DNA of 62,446 nucleotides, filler included, from Globobulimina sp. (Eukaryota): assembly GCA_003354225.1 (NCBI GenBank). It is 29 parts of 29 records of this genome, joined end to end, with 100 filler letters (N's around TTAATTAATTAA, not from the genome) between each part and the next. Parts side by side here need not be neighbours in the genome. Positions count along the whole stretch, not along the records: positions 60,392 to 62,446 come from PIVH01009394.1; 28 more parts are not named here. One strand, given 5' to 3'. Each line of letters opens with the position of its first letter. Position 1 is the stretch's first letter. The notes beneath the pieces were generated by a model. The model did not search any database. It was not told the DNA's origin and saw only the letters and a list, made by a program, of their open reading frames with translations. The translations under genes were made by a program, and so were the position numbers. This document shows, in pieces, positions 61,492-62,446 of the stretch.

Positions 61492-62446
61492 ATGTCACGA
61501 TCAGAAGAAAGGCAACATTTACGCTCAGAAGATTTCACATCTCTCCGCAATAAAAGTTCCTCAAATTCACGATCTCGTTCACGCTCCCGATCCCGCGATA
61601 GAACCAACAAAGAAAACCTAAAAAAATCACCATCCAAGTCACCTCAACCGCCATTAAACACCACCCCAACCACACCCATCCCCACCACCACCACATCCAC
61701 CGCACAACAACCGGTATAAATAAATAAAATCTATCATTCATTATCCTTGCACTCATACACAAAAACCGCAAACAGCAATCCATGGCAGCCATTGTGGACT
61801 CCCCATTGGCACAGCCCCCACCCACACACATCCAATACAACATCGACGAGACGACACTACGCAAATTCTGTCAACCTTACAACATGCAAGAATTGGTCCG
61901 AATGCTCTGCAACACCGCCTACGTAAACCGCGCCTTTTATTCCACCTTAGTCTCTGAGATGAAAAAGTCCTCCAAATGGTGCAAATTATTCGTACACGGT
62001 CTCCCATGGACCACCAGCCAGCAAACCCTGTACAATGTGTTCAGTCGCTTCGGCGAGATCGTTGAATGCGTGATTTTAAAAGACCGAAACGGGCAAAGCA
62101 AAGGCTATGGCTTTATAAATTACAGCGACGCGCAAGAAGCCATCAATGCGATCAACGCCGGTCCGCAACAAATCGACGGACGAATGGTCGGCTCTGACTT
62201 AGCGTGGAAGGGACGAAAAAACCGCAGCAATAACAATACAAACAACAGCAATGCCGCCAAAGCTATAAACAACAACATAATGGGCGGTCCATTGGCTATG
62301 CGTCGCTTGTTCGTATATTCCTTATTGTACTCCACAACGGACGAGACATTGTGTCGTGTGTTCAGTGAGCACGGCGCATTGGAGGAAGCGGTGATTATTA
62401 AAGACAAAAACAACGCCAATAAGAGCAAAGGATATGGCTTTGTTAT
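61492..62446 (+). CDS. RS-rich, two-RRM RNA-binding protein (UBA2/hnRNP-like), multi-exon, 3'-truncated
   Basis: SRSRSRSR N-terminus; KLFVHGLPW..SKGYGFI and RLFVYSL..SKGYGFV. The RRM frame is missing from the ORF track. Confidence 0.85.

Noticed and set aside
61449-61637. N-terminal extension of the SCYL ORF (RDRERERDRE)
   Set aside because: It is the antisense of the RS-rich exon of the RRM gene; MGNQ at 61448 is the family-typical start.
1-62446. Alternative genetic code or programmed frameshifts to explain split ORFs
   Set aside because: Each split I examined resolves with a short GT-AG intron under the standard code.

Overview
This window is not one locus. It is 29 unrelated, size-sorted contigs of about 2,055-2,058 bp, joined by artificial 100-bp spacers (N-run, TTAATTAATTAA, N-run). 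ORFs that run into X's are cut at contig ends, and adjacency across spacers means nothing. Most contigs come from an AT-rich eukaryote with short (about 40-85 bp) GT-AG introns. A beta2-type tubulin ending in QDKQD, plus kelch, 7TM-RGS and HLxLSLxN-kinase families, suggests a foraminiferan or other rhizarian (inference). Co-assembled foreign pieces: a bacterial glycosyltransferase pair (2159-4216), a giant-virus (NCLDV) fragment (32364-34420), a Polinton/adintovirus-like integrase plus penton (38833-40888) and a GC-rich bacterial-like chimeric tail (about 59900-60291). Most notable: (1) two 55-bp introns in one gene that are 47/55 identical and flanked by CAG (Introner-like mobile introns); (2) a near-collinear FMR1/FXR-like Agenet-Agenet-KH-KH gene in a non-animal context; (3) a contig with an exact 119-bp terminal repeat (a 1,938-bp circle) holding a whole PPPDE gene; (4) an ADP-ribosyltransferase-like gene family and a phage-type macro-like domain fused to a Not4-type RRM; (5) a tRNA-like Pol III head beside a nested foldback repeat; (6) catalytically altered enzymes and unusual fusions. 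All family assignments come from reading motifs by eye; no database searches were run.
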